64,000 nt of DNA from an uncultured Bdellovibrio sp. (lineage in GTDB: Bacteria; Bdellovibrionota; Bdellovibrionia; Bdellovibrionales; Bdellovibrionaceae). The notes below the pieces were generated by a model. That model made no database searches, was not told the origin of the DNA, and saw nothing but the letters and a program-made list of their open reading frames with translations. Shown here one piece after another: positions 38,046-47,585 of the stretch. The translations under genes and the position numbers were made by a program. Each line of letters opens with the position of its first letter. The first letter of the stretch is position 1. The DNA lies in the NCBI GenBank assembly GCA_963932905.1, contig CAWVRN010000012.1:48019-112018 (forward strand). The letters are read 5' to 3'.

Positions 38046-40345
38046 TAGAATTCTCCTTTGATACCGAAGGCCGGTAAAAATGGTAAACCAGAAATAAAAT
38101 CTTTGCTTGAATAGTTATATGAATATTCGATCGATTCTGTATTTTTTGTATTCATCACATTTTGAATGTCTAGATACAGTGTCCAAATTTCTTCATCAGA
38201 GATCCACTTTTTATCGATGCGTAGATCTAATTGATAGAAATCTTTGTAACGTTCTGAATAGAAACTGCCCCGTTGAGGTAAATATACGTCGTTATCAGAA
38301 TCAAATGTACCACCAACAATAGGTGTATAGGGGTTTCCCGTCACGTAACGAAATCGCCCAGCGATTTTCCAATTGTTTTCTAGTTTTTTACCGGCAACTA
38401 AATTGAAATTGTGTGTTTGATCGTATTCGTGTTTATATTTAGCTACGCGATCGTTCCAACGGAAGCTCTCGCTCCACGTGTAGCTTAACCAAACGTCCCA
38501 ATGGATATCGTTCCATTTAATCTGAGTTTCCACACCGTAGGCGCGGCCTCTGCCCGAGTTGTTGTAATTCTCATCGACCATAACGCCGTCTCGTTCTACT
38601 TGTTTAAACGACTGCGACACTAATTGATCTAGCCACTTGTCGAAATAACTAGTTTGCCAAGTCAAACCCGAATCGCCGGCTTGCCTAAAGTCTTTTTCGA
38701 AACCAACTGTTAAATGGTCTGCACGAGGAGACTTAATGTCTGGGTTCCCAAACACCTTATCTTGTTCACGCCCTTCCGATGGCTGATAGTAACGACCGCC
38801 CGCTGCTTTTAACAACAGCGATGGGCTAAGGTTGTATTTCACGGCCAAGCGAGGAGTCAGATACGTTTCTTTCGTTGATTGAAACATGTCTAATCGCACT
38901 CCGGGGGTCAGGGTCCAATCATCTATTTTAAATTCGTGGCGATTATAAAGACCATTAAACACTTGGCTTGATCGTGTGTTTTGCTCTTTTACTTCGCCCG
39001 AAGAAAATGGGTTATTAACGCCGCCATCATCTGCTGTTTGAGAGATTTTGACTTTAGCCGTTCCTTCGCCCAAAAAACTGTCTATGCCAAGTTGCGAAGT
39101 CCAAGTTGGGGAAAATACTTTTTCTCCTTCCGCTCTGACAGTTAAAACGTTAGTTCGTATGGCGAGGTACTGTTCGCCTAAATCAACAACGATTTGGTTT
39201 TGTCCAACACCTGTTGAAAACTTGTACTGAGTTTCACTATCGACTTTGTAAGTCCACTGAGGAATGAAACGATAGAACTGGGTTTCATTATAGAAACGTC
39301 CACGGAATGCCGGATCTGTCTTAAACGGTTCTTTCAAAACAAAAGCGAGTGTATCCCGCGAAGCCAGTTTAACTATTTTCAAATTTTGTTTTTCGTCGAG
39401 TTTGCGATTGTAGATTCCCGTGATATCATAAAATTCAGGAGCTACGGTTAAATTAAAATCATCACGATCTTTGGCGATGGCACCCAAGAATATTCCAACA
39501 TAACTGGCGCGGGCACTGATTAAGAAATCGCTTTTATCATCGATATTGGCTTCATATAAACCACCGAGTTTTAAATTGTCCGCAAAGAAGAACGATTTCT
39601 TTTTACGCTCGCCAGGCTCTGGGCTGCGTGTCACTAAACCGATGATTCCGCCGGTAGCACGCGAAAAATCAGAACCATAGCCTGCCGATAGGTAATCGAC
39701 TTGCCCCAAGGCTTCCGGCATTACAACTGAAGTTAAACCACCAAAGTGAAATACAATAGGAATTTCATGGCCATCGATATTGTACGAAGTGTCTTTTGGC
39801 TCGCCGCCTTGAACAACCACTTGCGAACTAAATCCTTGGACGCGGTTTACGCCAGGCAAGTTCTGAACGGCTTTGACAGGATCACCGCCACTACCAGGCA
39901 TAGATAGAAATTGCTCTTGCGTTAATGTCTTCTGAGTTTGATCACGTTTTTGTTTTTGACCAACCACGGTGGTTTCAAATGCTAAATAGGAATCTTTCTC
40001 GACGTAGTGTTTTAATTTTTTTGTGCTTTCATCGAGAGTGATATCTTTTTCTAATTTTTTATAGCCAGATAAATTGACAACAAGTTGATAGTCACCTGGG
40101 GGTAAGTTTTCAAATAAGAAATCACCTTTACTATCTGTTTGTACTTTTAGTTTTAAAGGTAATAAAAAAACATTCACTTCTTTTAAGGGAAGCTGCGTTC
40201 CTTTCTCTAAAATTCGGCCTTTAAAAGAAAGGGTACCTGCCACCGCCACTTCGGCTGGAGATTCTGTCGTAGCTGGGCCTTCATTTGTTTGTGCGTACAG
40301 GCCGATCGTGGCCAATAAACAGCAAAGAGCTATTTTCATTTTCAC
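38045..40345 (-). CDS. TonB-dependent receptor with N-terminal carboxypeptidase-regulatory-like domain
   Basis: Plug GDPVKAVQNLPGV, IDG.EIP..FHFGG; barrel; C-terminal GIKGEF. Confidence 0.92.
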   Translation of the reverse strand: MKMKIALCCLLATIGLYAQTNEGPATTESPAEVAVAGTLSFKGRILEKGTQLPLKEVNVFLLPLKLKVQTDSKGDFLFENLPPGDYQLVVNLSGYKKLEKDITLDESTKKLKHYVEKDSYLAFETTVVGQKQKRDQTQKTLTQEQFLSMPGSGGDPVKAVQNLPGVNRVQGFSSQVVVQGGEPKDTSYNIDGHEIPIVFHFGGLTSVVMPEALGQVDYLSAGYGSDFSRATGGIIGLVTRSPEPGERKKKSFFFADNLKLGGLYEANIDDKSDFLISARASYVGIFLGAIAKDRDDFNLTVAPEFYDITGIYNRKLDEKQNLKIVKLASRDTLAFVLKEPFKTDPAFRGRFYNETQFYRFIPQWTYKVDSETQYKFSTGVGQNQIVVDLGEQYLAIRTNVLTVRAEGEKVFSPTWTSQLGIDSFLGEGTAKVKISQTADDGGVNNPFSSGEVKEQNTRSSQVFNGLYNRHEFKIDDWTLTPGVRLDMFQSTKETYLTPRLAVKYNLSPSLLLKAAGGRYYQPSEGREQDKVFGNPDIKSPRADHLTVGFEKDFRQAGDSGLTWQTSYFDKWLDQLVSQSFKQVERDGVMVDENYNNSGRGRAYGVETQIKWNDIHWDVWLSYTWSESFRWNDRVAKYKHEYDQTHNFNLVAGKKLENNWKIAGRFRYVTGNPYTPIVGGTFDSDNDVYLPQRGSFYSERYKDFYQLDLRIDKKWISDEEIWTLYLDIQNVMNTKNTESIEYSYNYSSKDFISGLPFLPAFGIKGEF

Positions 40346-40347
40346 CT

Positions 40348-40998
40348 CTATCTATTTTCTAAAATAAATCGGTATGTGTACCTAATTTTTACCGCGACGG
40401 ACTGATCTTTAATGCGAGCCGGACGAAACTGGAAATTTTTGATGACCGCTAAGGCCGCATCATTCAAACCGAAACCAGGTCCTTTAATCAAAGTCACTTG
40501 GCGTACTTTGCCTTGCTCATCAATGAGGAGGTCCATAACGACTGGACCTTCAATTCCAGCTTTCTTGGCTTCGTCAGGATAAGGAATGCGAACTTCAGAT
40601 ACCAATACTGGCATAGACGTAACCAGGAATTCATCAGCGGGTATGGGCAATGAATCGGCATCGCTCGGATCTAATTTCAAATTATCCATTTCTTTTGCAA
40701 CAGTGTTTCCTGATTTTACTTCGGCGGAAGAGGCATCGGGCGCGGCCGAAGTTAAGGCTTTACGACTGACACCGAAAACTTTTTTTGTATCCGGTGGGGG
40801 AGGCGTCGGTTTAACGGGTTCTGCTTTAGGTGGCTCTAAATTTAAAGTCTTCGGTACAACTTTAACATTTTCGTAAACTTCAAATTTTACAGTTTTCTTT
40901 TCGGATTTAGGTTTAAAAAACAGAATCCCAACCCCAAGTGCTAATACCAAGTGAATCAGCGCCGATTGAACTAAAGGATGACGCCAGTTTATGGACAC
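40348..40998 (-). CDS. tonB: Energy transducer TonB
   Basis: S...H TM motif, Pro-rich spacer, YPDEAKKAGIEG, FRPA. Confidence 0.9.
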   Translation of the reverse strand: MSINWRHPLVQSALIHLVLALGVGILFFKPKSEKKTVKFEVYENVKVVPKTLNLEPPKAEPVKPTPPPPDTKKVFGVSRKALTSAAPDASSAEVKSGNTVAKEMDNLKLDPSDADSLPIPADEFLVTSMPVLVSEVRIPYPDEAKKAGIEGPVVMDLLIDEQGKVRQVTLIKGPGFGLNDAALAVIKNFQFRPARIKDQSVAVKIRYTYRFILENR

Positions 40999-41423
40999 TA
41001 TTTCTTTTCCTCTTTTTCAATTTGAACAGCGAAACGTTCAACCCCATTTGATTTCAAAATGTCGATCACTCGAACAACTTTGCCATAAGCAGCCTCAACG
41101 TCCGCACTGATGATGGCTTGAGAGGTAGGGTCTTTTCCCAATGCTTCTTTCGCGGCCACTTTCAAGCCCTCTTCGTCAGTGATTTGCCCATTCAATAAAA
41201 TATTGCCGTCTTTGTTAACGGCAACACCCAATGTTTGCAGCATTTTACCATCACCAGTTAATGTTTTAGGTAGTTTGATTTCTAGTATGTCTTTCACCAG
41301 CATGGGTGCCGTGACCATGAAGATAACAAGCAGAACCAGAACGACGTCAACGAACGGAGTGATGTTGATTGACGAAATTATTCCGGAATCTTCGCTGCTG
41401 CTATCGGGAACTGATCCAGCCAT
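40998..41423 (-). CDS. exbD: Biopolymer transporter ExbD/TolR
   Basis: INITPFVDVVLVLLVIFMVTAP; AD...YG.VV.VID. Confidence 0.92.
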   Translation of the reverse strand: MAGSVPDSSSEDSGIISSINITPFVDVVLVLLVIFMVTAPMLVKDILEIKLPKTLTGDGKMLQTLGVAVNKDGNILLNGQITDEEGLKVAAKEALGKDPTSQAIISADVEAAYGKVVRVIDILKSNGVERFAVQIEKEEKK

Positions 41424-41425
41424 AC

Positions 41426-42064
41426 TTATTTCCCACCTAGGATTTGCGCTACGTAAAGATCTTTCAGGGTGTCCAATTGCGAATTTAATTTTTTTACACT
41501 TTGAGTGAAAACGTTAAACGCGATGATGGCAGGGATCGCAACGAACAAACCCAGTGCTGTCGCATACAATGCTTGCGACACTCCACTCATCACTGCTGAT
41601 GAACCCGATTGTGAACCTAAATACGCAAACGCGCGAATGATGCCAAGAACAGTACCAAATAAACCAATGAAGGGAGCATTTGAACCCAAAGTAGCTAAAA
41701 CAGATAGTCCTTTTTCTAATTTCAAACGTTCTTCACGAGTGTAGGCTAAAACAACGCGATCGATGGCTTCGGGTTGACTCGATGTCGCTAATATATTTTG
41801 AAATGCGCGCCCTAAATAAGAAGTTTGTCCGCTGACGTGTTTTTTTAAACTCTCTAATTTAGAAGAATTCATTCCCGCTCCTTCGGTTAAGATGGATTTA
41901 ATTTTGCCAAAATCATCAATTGAAATCAGGGAATTCAAATTTTTCCTTCTATCGATCATGATACTGATCGACCAAATGGACAAAAGAAACATAACTAACA
42001 AAATTAGTTTTTCGACAACATCAGTAATCAAAATAATCGCTTCCACGGGATCCTTTTCATTCAA
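41426..42064 (-). CDS. exbB: MotA/TolQ/ExbB proton channel protein
   Basis: LATLGSNAPFIGLFGTVLGII, ALYATALGLFVAIPA. Confidence 0.9.
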   Translation of the reverse strand: MNEKDPVEAIILITDVVEKLILLVMFLLSIWSISIMIDRRKNLNSLISIDDFGKIKSILTEGAGMNSSKLESLKKHVSGQTSYLGRAFQNILATSSQPEAIDRVVLAYTREERLKLEKGLSVLATLGSNAPFIGLFGTVLGIIRAFAYLGSQSGSSAVMSGVSQALYATALGLFVAIPAIIAFNVFTQSVKKLNSQLDTLKDLYVAQILGGK

Positions 42065-42175
42065 TACAATTCATTGAATTCTTTTTATGAGTGCATTTAT
42101 GATCAAACAAAATGGTGAAGGTGTTAAGAAATTTTTGATGTCGGCCAGTCGCGGCTTAGTTTTACTTTGTAAACG

Positions 42176-42203
42176 AAAAAAAAGCGCCGGGATCGCCGGC
42201 GCT
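42176..42203 (-). terminator. Intrinsic terminator
   Basis: agcgccgg/ccggcgct stem with an A run (U tract on the minus strand). Confidence 0.8.
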
Positions 42204-42242
42204 GTGTGAGTCATTTGCTTAGTATCGGTTAGGTTTCATAAA

Positions 42243-44363
42243 CTAGGGCATCTTGTAGCCGATTTGTTTAAACAAACCTTCTACTGATTTCCATTTACCA
42301 CTGAATAAGAACGGTTTTTTACCGTAACCGGCAGTCAGCGCTGAATTGTATTTTTTTAATTTTGCTTGTTCTGCTGCTGGTAAGGATTGAACTAATTGTA
42401 CGTACTGGCCCGCAAGAGTTTCTAAAGGTTTCTTGGCGTATGGGTTGCCATCAAACAAACCGTTGTCTTTCCATTCTTGTGCCAACTGAGCTGCAATGTA
42501 TTGGGCTAAAGCCGCTTCACGAGAAACATTGGCATCAACCGCCGCCTGTTTCACTGTTTGCGACCATGAAACCATAATTTGTTGCGATTGCGAGTAGGTT
42601 TGGCCGCCAGCGCGGATGCTGATGTTAACGGTCACTGCTTTGTTAGGTTTCACATTCTGAGCGATTTGTGCCGGTGTATTTAAAAGTTTGGCGGTAGTAA
42701 CACGAGTTAAACCCGGAACGTCCATACCGACTGTGCTGCCAGCAGGAAGTGCTGCGATACCGGCACCAGACAATGTCACGTGCACTATTCCAGGGGCTTT
42801 ACCTAAATTCGTAGCTTCTAGTACATTTGGATAAATGCTGTCTAGTACTGATACTGTTGTTAAACCAGATTGGTTTTGAACTTGTACGCGTACATTTTCG
42901 ATCACGGGATTGTTAGTGTAATAGGCTACCGTTTGTGCAAACGAATCTTGGTAAGCGGCACCCAAAGTTTGTTGGTAACCTTGACGGCTAGCTTGAGTGT
43001 AGCTTTGGCCATAACCACGAGCATGACCTAGTTTCTGCGCATACGCACGAAGCGCTTGCACGAAGTAGTATTCACCACGAGCTTGAGCGGCATAATTAGG
43101 ACGACCGTAAACTTCGCTGTTCCATTTTCGACCGATCACAGAATTGTACTGGGATACGAATTCATATTTGAATTGTTGGCGGGATTCATCCGCATCAGAA
43201 TATTGACTAGCATCAGTGATTTCGCGGTATTTCGCGACCATTTGATTGTTAGCTTGAATTTTACCTGGATCTGAATTTTCACGAACTAGTTTTTTGTTTA
43301 ATAGTAAAGTGAATGCGTTCTCTGCTTTCCAGCTAGAAAATAGCGTATCGTATCTGTAATCGGTCCATCCGTAGTAATCAGATAGATTCCAGTTGTTACC
43401 ATAGATATCAGATAAAATATCATCCGCTAAATCAATGTTGAACCCACGACGAGTTTCATTCAAGAAATCATTGTTGTACGCTGACAACTGCGATGCAAAA
43501 TCCGGTTGCGCTACTGGCGAGCCTAAACCTTGGAAATCATCACCCGTCGGTTGCGCGCCAGCAGTTACGTTCAAGCCGGCCGCATTACCCACTGAATTTT
43601 GGAAACGCGCACGAGCTTGCGATTGCCCCATGGCCGATCCCACACGAGCGCCTTCGTTGCGACCGTTTTGTAAACCGTCATTACCACCTTGAGATAAACC
43701 ATTTCGAAGACCATTATGATATTCAGGAAGGCTTTCTACAGCGATACCTAGATTTGCGTACAGATTTGATTGTTTTCTGAAGCCTTGGTAAAAATTGAAA
43801 CGGTAGTTTTCAATTTGACCGTAAGTTTCCACCACACGATTCGCCATAAAGTTAGCGGCTTGTTCACCGTACGTGCGAACTTTATCATCAGGAGTTGTTT
43901 TTAAAACCGGAGTTGGTTCCGGGCGAGGAGTCGGCGTTGGCTCTGTTCCAGGTCGTGGAGTCACAACCGGTTCAGTGCCTGGGCGAGGAGTTGGTGTTGG
44001 AGCAACTACGATGGGAGAAGGTTCAAGAGGTTGTTTTGCGGGGATGTCGGCGTTCATAAAGACTTTTTTGCCATCTTTAGTGTACGAAGCTACAACTTCG
44101 CCGCCTTTTAAGAATAGATCGTTAGAGACGTTGTTGTACGATTTAACCGCGCAACCACTCTCGAAAGAGTTCTCACGTTGTTCGATCCCATTCTTGGCGT
44201 AACCTTTCTGACCGACTTGGAAGTAAACTTCTTTAACTCCAGCAGGTAGGTTGCACACTTTCGCGTTCACAATTTGGTTGGTTACCTTAACGCTTAGATT
44301 TCCTGCATACAGAGATGATGAAAACATAAGCAAAACACTCAGTAGTCCTAAATTTTTCCCCAT
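42243..44363 (-). CDS. Large exported hypothetical protein with Pro/Thr linker and GxxxG repeats
   Basis: AAGGAG RBS before ATG 44363 (preferred over 44429); signal peptide SLYA. Confidence 0.75.
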   Translation of the reverse strand: MGKNLGLLSVLLMFSSSLYAGNLSVKVTNQIVNAKVCNLPAGVKEVYFQVGQKGYAKNGIEQRENSFESGCAVKSYNNVSNDLFLKGGEVVASYTKDGKKVFMNADIPAKQPLEPSPIVVAPTPTPRPGTEPVVTPRPGTEPTPTPRPEPTPVLKTTPDDKVRTYGEQAANFMANRVVETYGQIENYRFNFYQGFRKQSNLYANLGIAVESLPEYHNGLRNGLSQGGNDGLQNGRNEGARVGSAMGQSQARARFQNSVGNAAGLNVTAGAQPTGDDFQGLGSPVAQPDFASQLSAYNNDFLNETRRGFNIDLADDILSDIYGNNWNLSDYYGWTDYRYDTLFSSWKAENAFTLLLNKKLVRENSDPGKIQANNQMVAKYREITDASQYSDADESRQQFKYEFVSQYNSVIGRKWNSEVYGRPNYAAQARGEYYFVQALRAYAQKLGHARGYGQSYTQASRQGYQQTLGAAYQDSFAQTVAYYTNNPVIENVRVQVQNQSGLTTVSVLDSIYPNVLEATNLGKAPGIVHVTLSGAGIAALPAGSTVGMDVPGLTRVTTAKLLNTPAQIAQNVKPNKAVTVNISIRAGGQTYSQSQQIMVSWSQTVKQAAVDANVSREAALAQYIAAQLAQEWKDNGLFDGNPYAKKPLETLAGQYVQLVQSLPAAEQAKLKKYNSALTAGYGKKPFLFSGKWKSVEGLFKQIGYKMP
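43908..44000 (-). repeat. Coding tandem repeat (PTPRPGTEP-like, x3)
   Basis: PTPTPRPGTEPVVTPRPGTEPTPTPRPEPTP. Confidence 0.8.
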
Positions 44364-44398
44364 TTTGGCTCCTTTATTTGTGGATGTAGCTACATAAA

Positions 44399-44413
44399 GC
44401 AGAGCTTGTGCCA
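44399..44413 (-). promoter_or_regulatory. Sigma54 -24/-12 promoter
   Basis: Minus strand TGGCAC-AAGCT-CTGC, 35 nt upstream of ATG 44363. Confidence 0.65.
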
Positions 44414-44733
44414 ACAGACAAGGGGACATTTCGATACTGAGGTTAGGTTTTAGTTATGGAAATTGCTTGGGATTTGGGCATTCGTGGATTTCAAAAAATC
44501 AAATTTAAGTGTTCTTTGTTTAATCAGCAAAAATTACAGCTGTGAAAATGACAATTTCAGAGTTTTTAGAAGGCTTTAGCTGCCCACTGTGGTATAGTCA
44601 CCTCGGTTAAAGCGAGCAGGTTGGCTGCTTGGGGTAATCTTTTCAATACCGACGGGTTTGGTTTGATAAAACGTGTCAATCTTGATAGAGTTCTCTCGGT
44701 TGATGCTTCGCTCTTTTTTCGAAAGAAGGTTTC

Positions 44734-45234
44734 ATGGTAACATTTAAGGTTGGTGAAAATGCAGTCTATCCAGGTCATGGTGTCGGACGTATTCTCGCTA
44801 TCGAAACCAAAGAGATTTTAGGTAATAAACAGACATTCTATTCCGTCCAAATCATTGAAACAGGCATGAAAATCATGATTCCTCGTGACAATGTTAAGTC
44901 CGTTGGACTGAGACCAATTATTTCCCAAGAAGAGGCCGACAAAGTAGTTGGTATCCTTAAAGAACGTGAAGTTAAAATTGATAATCAAACATGGAACCGT
45001 CGTTACCGTGAATACATGGAAAAAATCAAAACGGGTTCTGTTTACGAAATCGCAGAAGTACTGAGAGATCTTTTCGTACTTAAAGTAGATAAAGAACTTA
45101 GCTTCGGTGAACGTAAAATGCTAGATACTGCACGTACTCTTCTTTTTAAAGAATTATCGTTAGCGACTAAAGGCAACGATCTTTTCCAAGAGCCAGAATT
45201 GAAAGAAATTTTCGGTTTAGACGTAGCTAAGTAA
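44734..45234 (+). CDS. carD: CarD/CdnL family RNA polymerase-binding regulator
   Basis: FKVGE.AVYP.HGVG, VGLR.I, WNRRYR, EIAEVLRDL, LSFGERKML. Confidence 0.95.
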   Translation: MVTFKVGENAVYPGHGVGRILAIETKEILGNKQTFYSVQIIETGMKIMIPRDNVKSVGLRPIISQEEADKVVGILKEREVKIDNQTWNRRYREYMEKIKTGSVYEIAEVLRDLFVLKVDKELSFGERKMLDTARTLLFKELSLATKGNDLFQEPELKEIFGLDVAK

Positions 45235-45418
45235 ATCTTAGCGGTTGAACTGCCTACATCTGGGACGGTCGATTCGGCCGTTGTATAGATTCATTTGATG
45301 TACCCGCGAATGAATCGGTGCTGTACCATAATGATCCATTGACCTTTTGAGAATTAGAATCCCTTTTTTTGTGTGTGAGTTTGGACTACTATAGAAGTGT
45401 AGTTTTAAGGGGGTCGGG

Positions 45419-47053
45419 GTGTCACTTTTTCGAAGGTTTGTTGTTCTCCTTTTTATAAGTATTCAATTAATTGCATTCCAAAATTGTAGTAGTGGTTTCC
45501 AAACTCAAACCCGTATCCTGTCTGACAGTTCTTCGAATTCGGGATTGAGCGACCCTGCGATGACTCCGGATTCTTCTTCCACTGCGACTGACACCAAGTT
45601 GGTTGATGCGTGCCTACCTTCCAACAAAGGCGTGGACTACCAGGTGGGATCGGGGGCTAATCAATTAGCTACTCTGGATCTTGTTCCTTGGGGCAGTTTG
45701 AAGGCGGGTGATACCGTCCGCATATTTTATTCCTCGACACCTTATCGGGGGCATATTTTGCTCGCGGCTCAAGGAACGGCGAACGCTCCAGTGCGTGTTT
45801 GCGGAGTCAAAGGTCCAAACGGTGAACGCCCCATTATTAGCGGTCAAAACGCTGTGGTACGTCGCGGACTCGTGTATGCCGGTGACCTTCAGGAAACACG
45901 TGCAATTGTCCTAATTGACCGGCTAGGTTCGCAGGATTGGGGTACAGCTTTTCCGACGTACATTCAAGTGGACGGTCTGGATATTCGCCAGGCTACTGCG
46001 TCGTATTCATTTACGAACTCTAAGGGGGTAACGAGTACCTATAGTTCTTTCGGCGCGTGTATCTGGATAGAACGTGGAGCTAATATTACTCTTGCCGACA
46101 ACATAGTCTCCGATTGTACAAACGGTATTTTTAGCCGTTCGGTTGAAATAGGAGCCGGGATTGCTACGATCACGCGAGACATTCGCGTTGCGGGCAATTA
46201 CATCTACAATAATGGTGTGGATGGTTACGAGCATAATCTCTATATGCAGAGTCTACGAATCACTTACGAATTTAACCGCATTGGTCCTTCGCGCAATGGT
46301 GGTGCAGCGTTGAAAGACCGATCTGTCGGGGCTATCATTCGTTATAATTACATTCAAGATGGTTCACGCGCGCTAGATCTGGTTGAACCCGAAGATTGGA
46401 CTGAAACTGCCGCCGCAAATTATCCTGCACTGGCCGACACATTTGTATACGGTAATGTGATTAATAAAAATGGCGATTTAGGTTCATTCATCCATTACGG
46501 TGGCGATCATCCAGGCTCTGAGGCTAATTTCCGTCCCGGCAAGCTCTATTTTTATAACAACACGATCTATGCCACAGGTTCAACCGGAGACTATGACGGC
46601 GCTATGATCTTTCAGCTGTCGACGACGAAACAAGTCGCTGAGATTTGGAATAATGTGATCACGAGTCCGCAACGGGTGAGGATAGGTCTACGAGCGACCC
46701 AAGAAGTCGATGCTGGTTGGACGGCGGGTGGTGACACTCGTTTGGGAAAAAACTACATCAAGGATATTTGGAGCACCGTTGGCTACACATACTCTTACGC
46801 CACCAACCCAGGGCCTATCAGTGGAGTAGCAAATATTATTAGTAGTGCAGCAGTCTTGTTGGATACAACGTCGTTTGTTCCCGATGCGGGTTCAGTGTTG
46901 ATAGATGGTTCGACGGCAAATTTAGATGCGGTGTCGGCTCATCCCGTGTTATACCAACCCGTCACGTCATTCACCGAGGCTCGGCCAACGTTCGGTCCTA
47001 TCGTACGTAAGGTTAGTGGCTCTGCTATGGACCTTGGCGCTATTGAGCGCTGA
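45419..47053 (+). CDS. Right-handed beta-helix (pectin-lyase-like fold) exported/lipoprotein, possible polysaccharide-degrading enzyme
   Basis: LIAFQNC signal, L.AGDTV, GT...PV, HNLY, LKDRS, repeated NT/NV strands, C-terminal DLGAIE. Confidence 0.7.
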   Translation: MSLFRRFVVLLFISIQLIAFQNCSSGFQTQTRILSDSSSNSGLSDPAMTPDSSSTATDTKLVDACLPSNKGVDYQVGSGANQLATLDLVPWGSLKAGDTVRIFYSSTPYRGHILLAAQGTANAPVRVCGVKGPNGERPIISGQNAVVRRGLVYAGDLQETRAIVLIDRLGSQDWGTAFPTYIQVDGLDIRQATASYSFTNSKGVTSTYSSFGACIWIERGANITLADNIVSDCTNGIFSRSVEIGAGIATITRDIRVAGNYIYNNGVDGYEHNLYMQSLRITYEFNRIGPSRNGGAALKDRSVGAIIRYNYIQDGSRALDLVEPEDWTETAAANYPALADTFVYGNVINKNGDLGSFIHYGGDHPGSEANFRPGKLYFYNNTIYATGSTGDYDGAMIFQLSTTKQVAEIWNNVITSPQRVRIGLRATQEVDAGWTAGGDTRLGKNYIKDIWSTVGYTYSYATNPGPISGVANIISSAAVLLDTTSFVPDAGSVLIDGSTANLDAVSAHPVLYQPVTSFTEARPTFGPIVRKVSGSAMDLGAIER

Positions 47054-47287
47054 TTGAACTAAAACTCTGCTTGCCGCCTTGCTATTATTCTGGCGATAAC
47101 TCCCGAAATGGGAGTATTGGGCTAAATGGATAAGTTGCCGAGAAATAGGTCATAAGATAATCTCTACAGAATCGAATCTAAGGGTTGACCAGTTCACCTG
47201 TCGTCATTACAACGGGACTCCAATTAATTTGAATAACAATCGAACTCGACGATGTTGTCGATGTTTGAACTAAACACGGAGTCCATC

Positions 47288-47539
47288 ATGGCTAAGAAAG
47301 TTGCAGTAAAAAAAGGCGAAAAAAAACCAGCACGAGTAAAATTCACTGGATTTGTTCCCGTTAAACTTAAAGAATTCACAATCACTCAAAAATCATCTGG
47401 TCGTTACGAAGTTGTAAACGCACAGGGTAAAAACGTAAATGGCGCGGATAAAGTTAGCGTTCTTTTAGAAGCTAAACTTTTACAACCATCTTTGCCAAAA
47501 GCAGCAGCGACTGAAGAAGCGGCTCCGGCAGCAAACTAA
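47288..47539 (+). CDS. Small basic hypothetical protein (83 aa) with highly biased codons
   Basis: GGAG RBS before ATG 47288; Lys-rich N-terminus; GRYEV...GKNVNG.DKV..L core. Confidence 0.75.
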   Translation: MAKKVAVKKGEKKPARVKFTGFVPVKLKEFTITQKSSGRYEVVNAQGKNVNGADKVSVLLEAKLLQPSLPKAAATEEAAPAAN

Positions 47540-47559
47540 TTTCTAGTATATTTTATATG

Positions 47560-47585
47560 ATCGGTCTTGCGTAGGTAAGACCGGT
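47560..47585. terminator. Hairpin between convergent genes
   Basis: atcggtcttgc-gtag-gtaagaccggt. Confidence 0.5.

Noticed and set aside
47091..47140. c-di-GMP-I (GEMM) riboswitch suggested by the actccc-gaaat-gggagt hairpin and downstream gttgcc
   Set aside because: Lacks the GCAAA elements and a credible P2 receptor stem; only a simple hairpin is supported.
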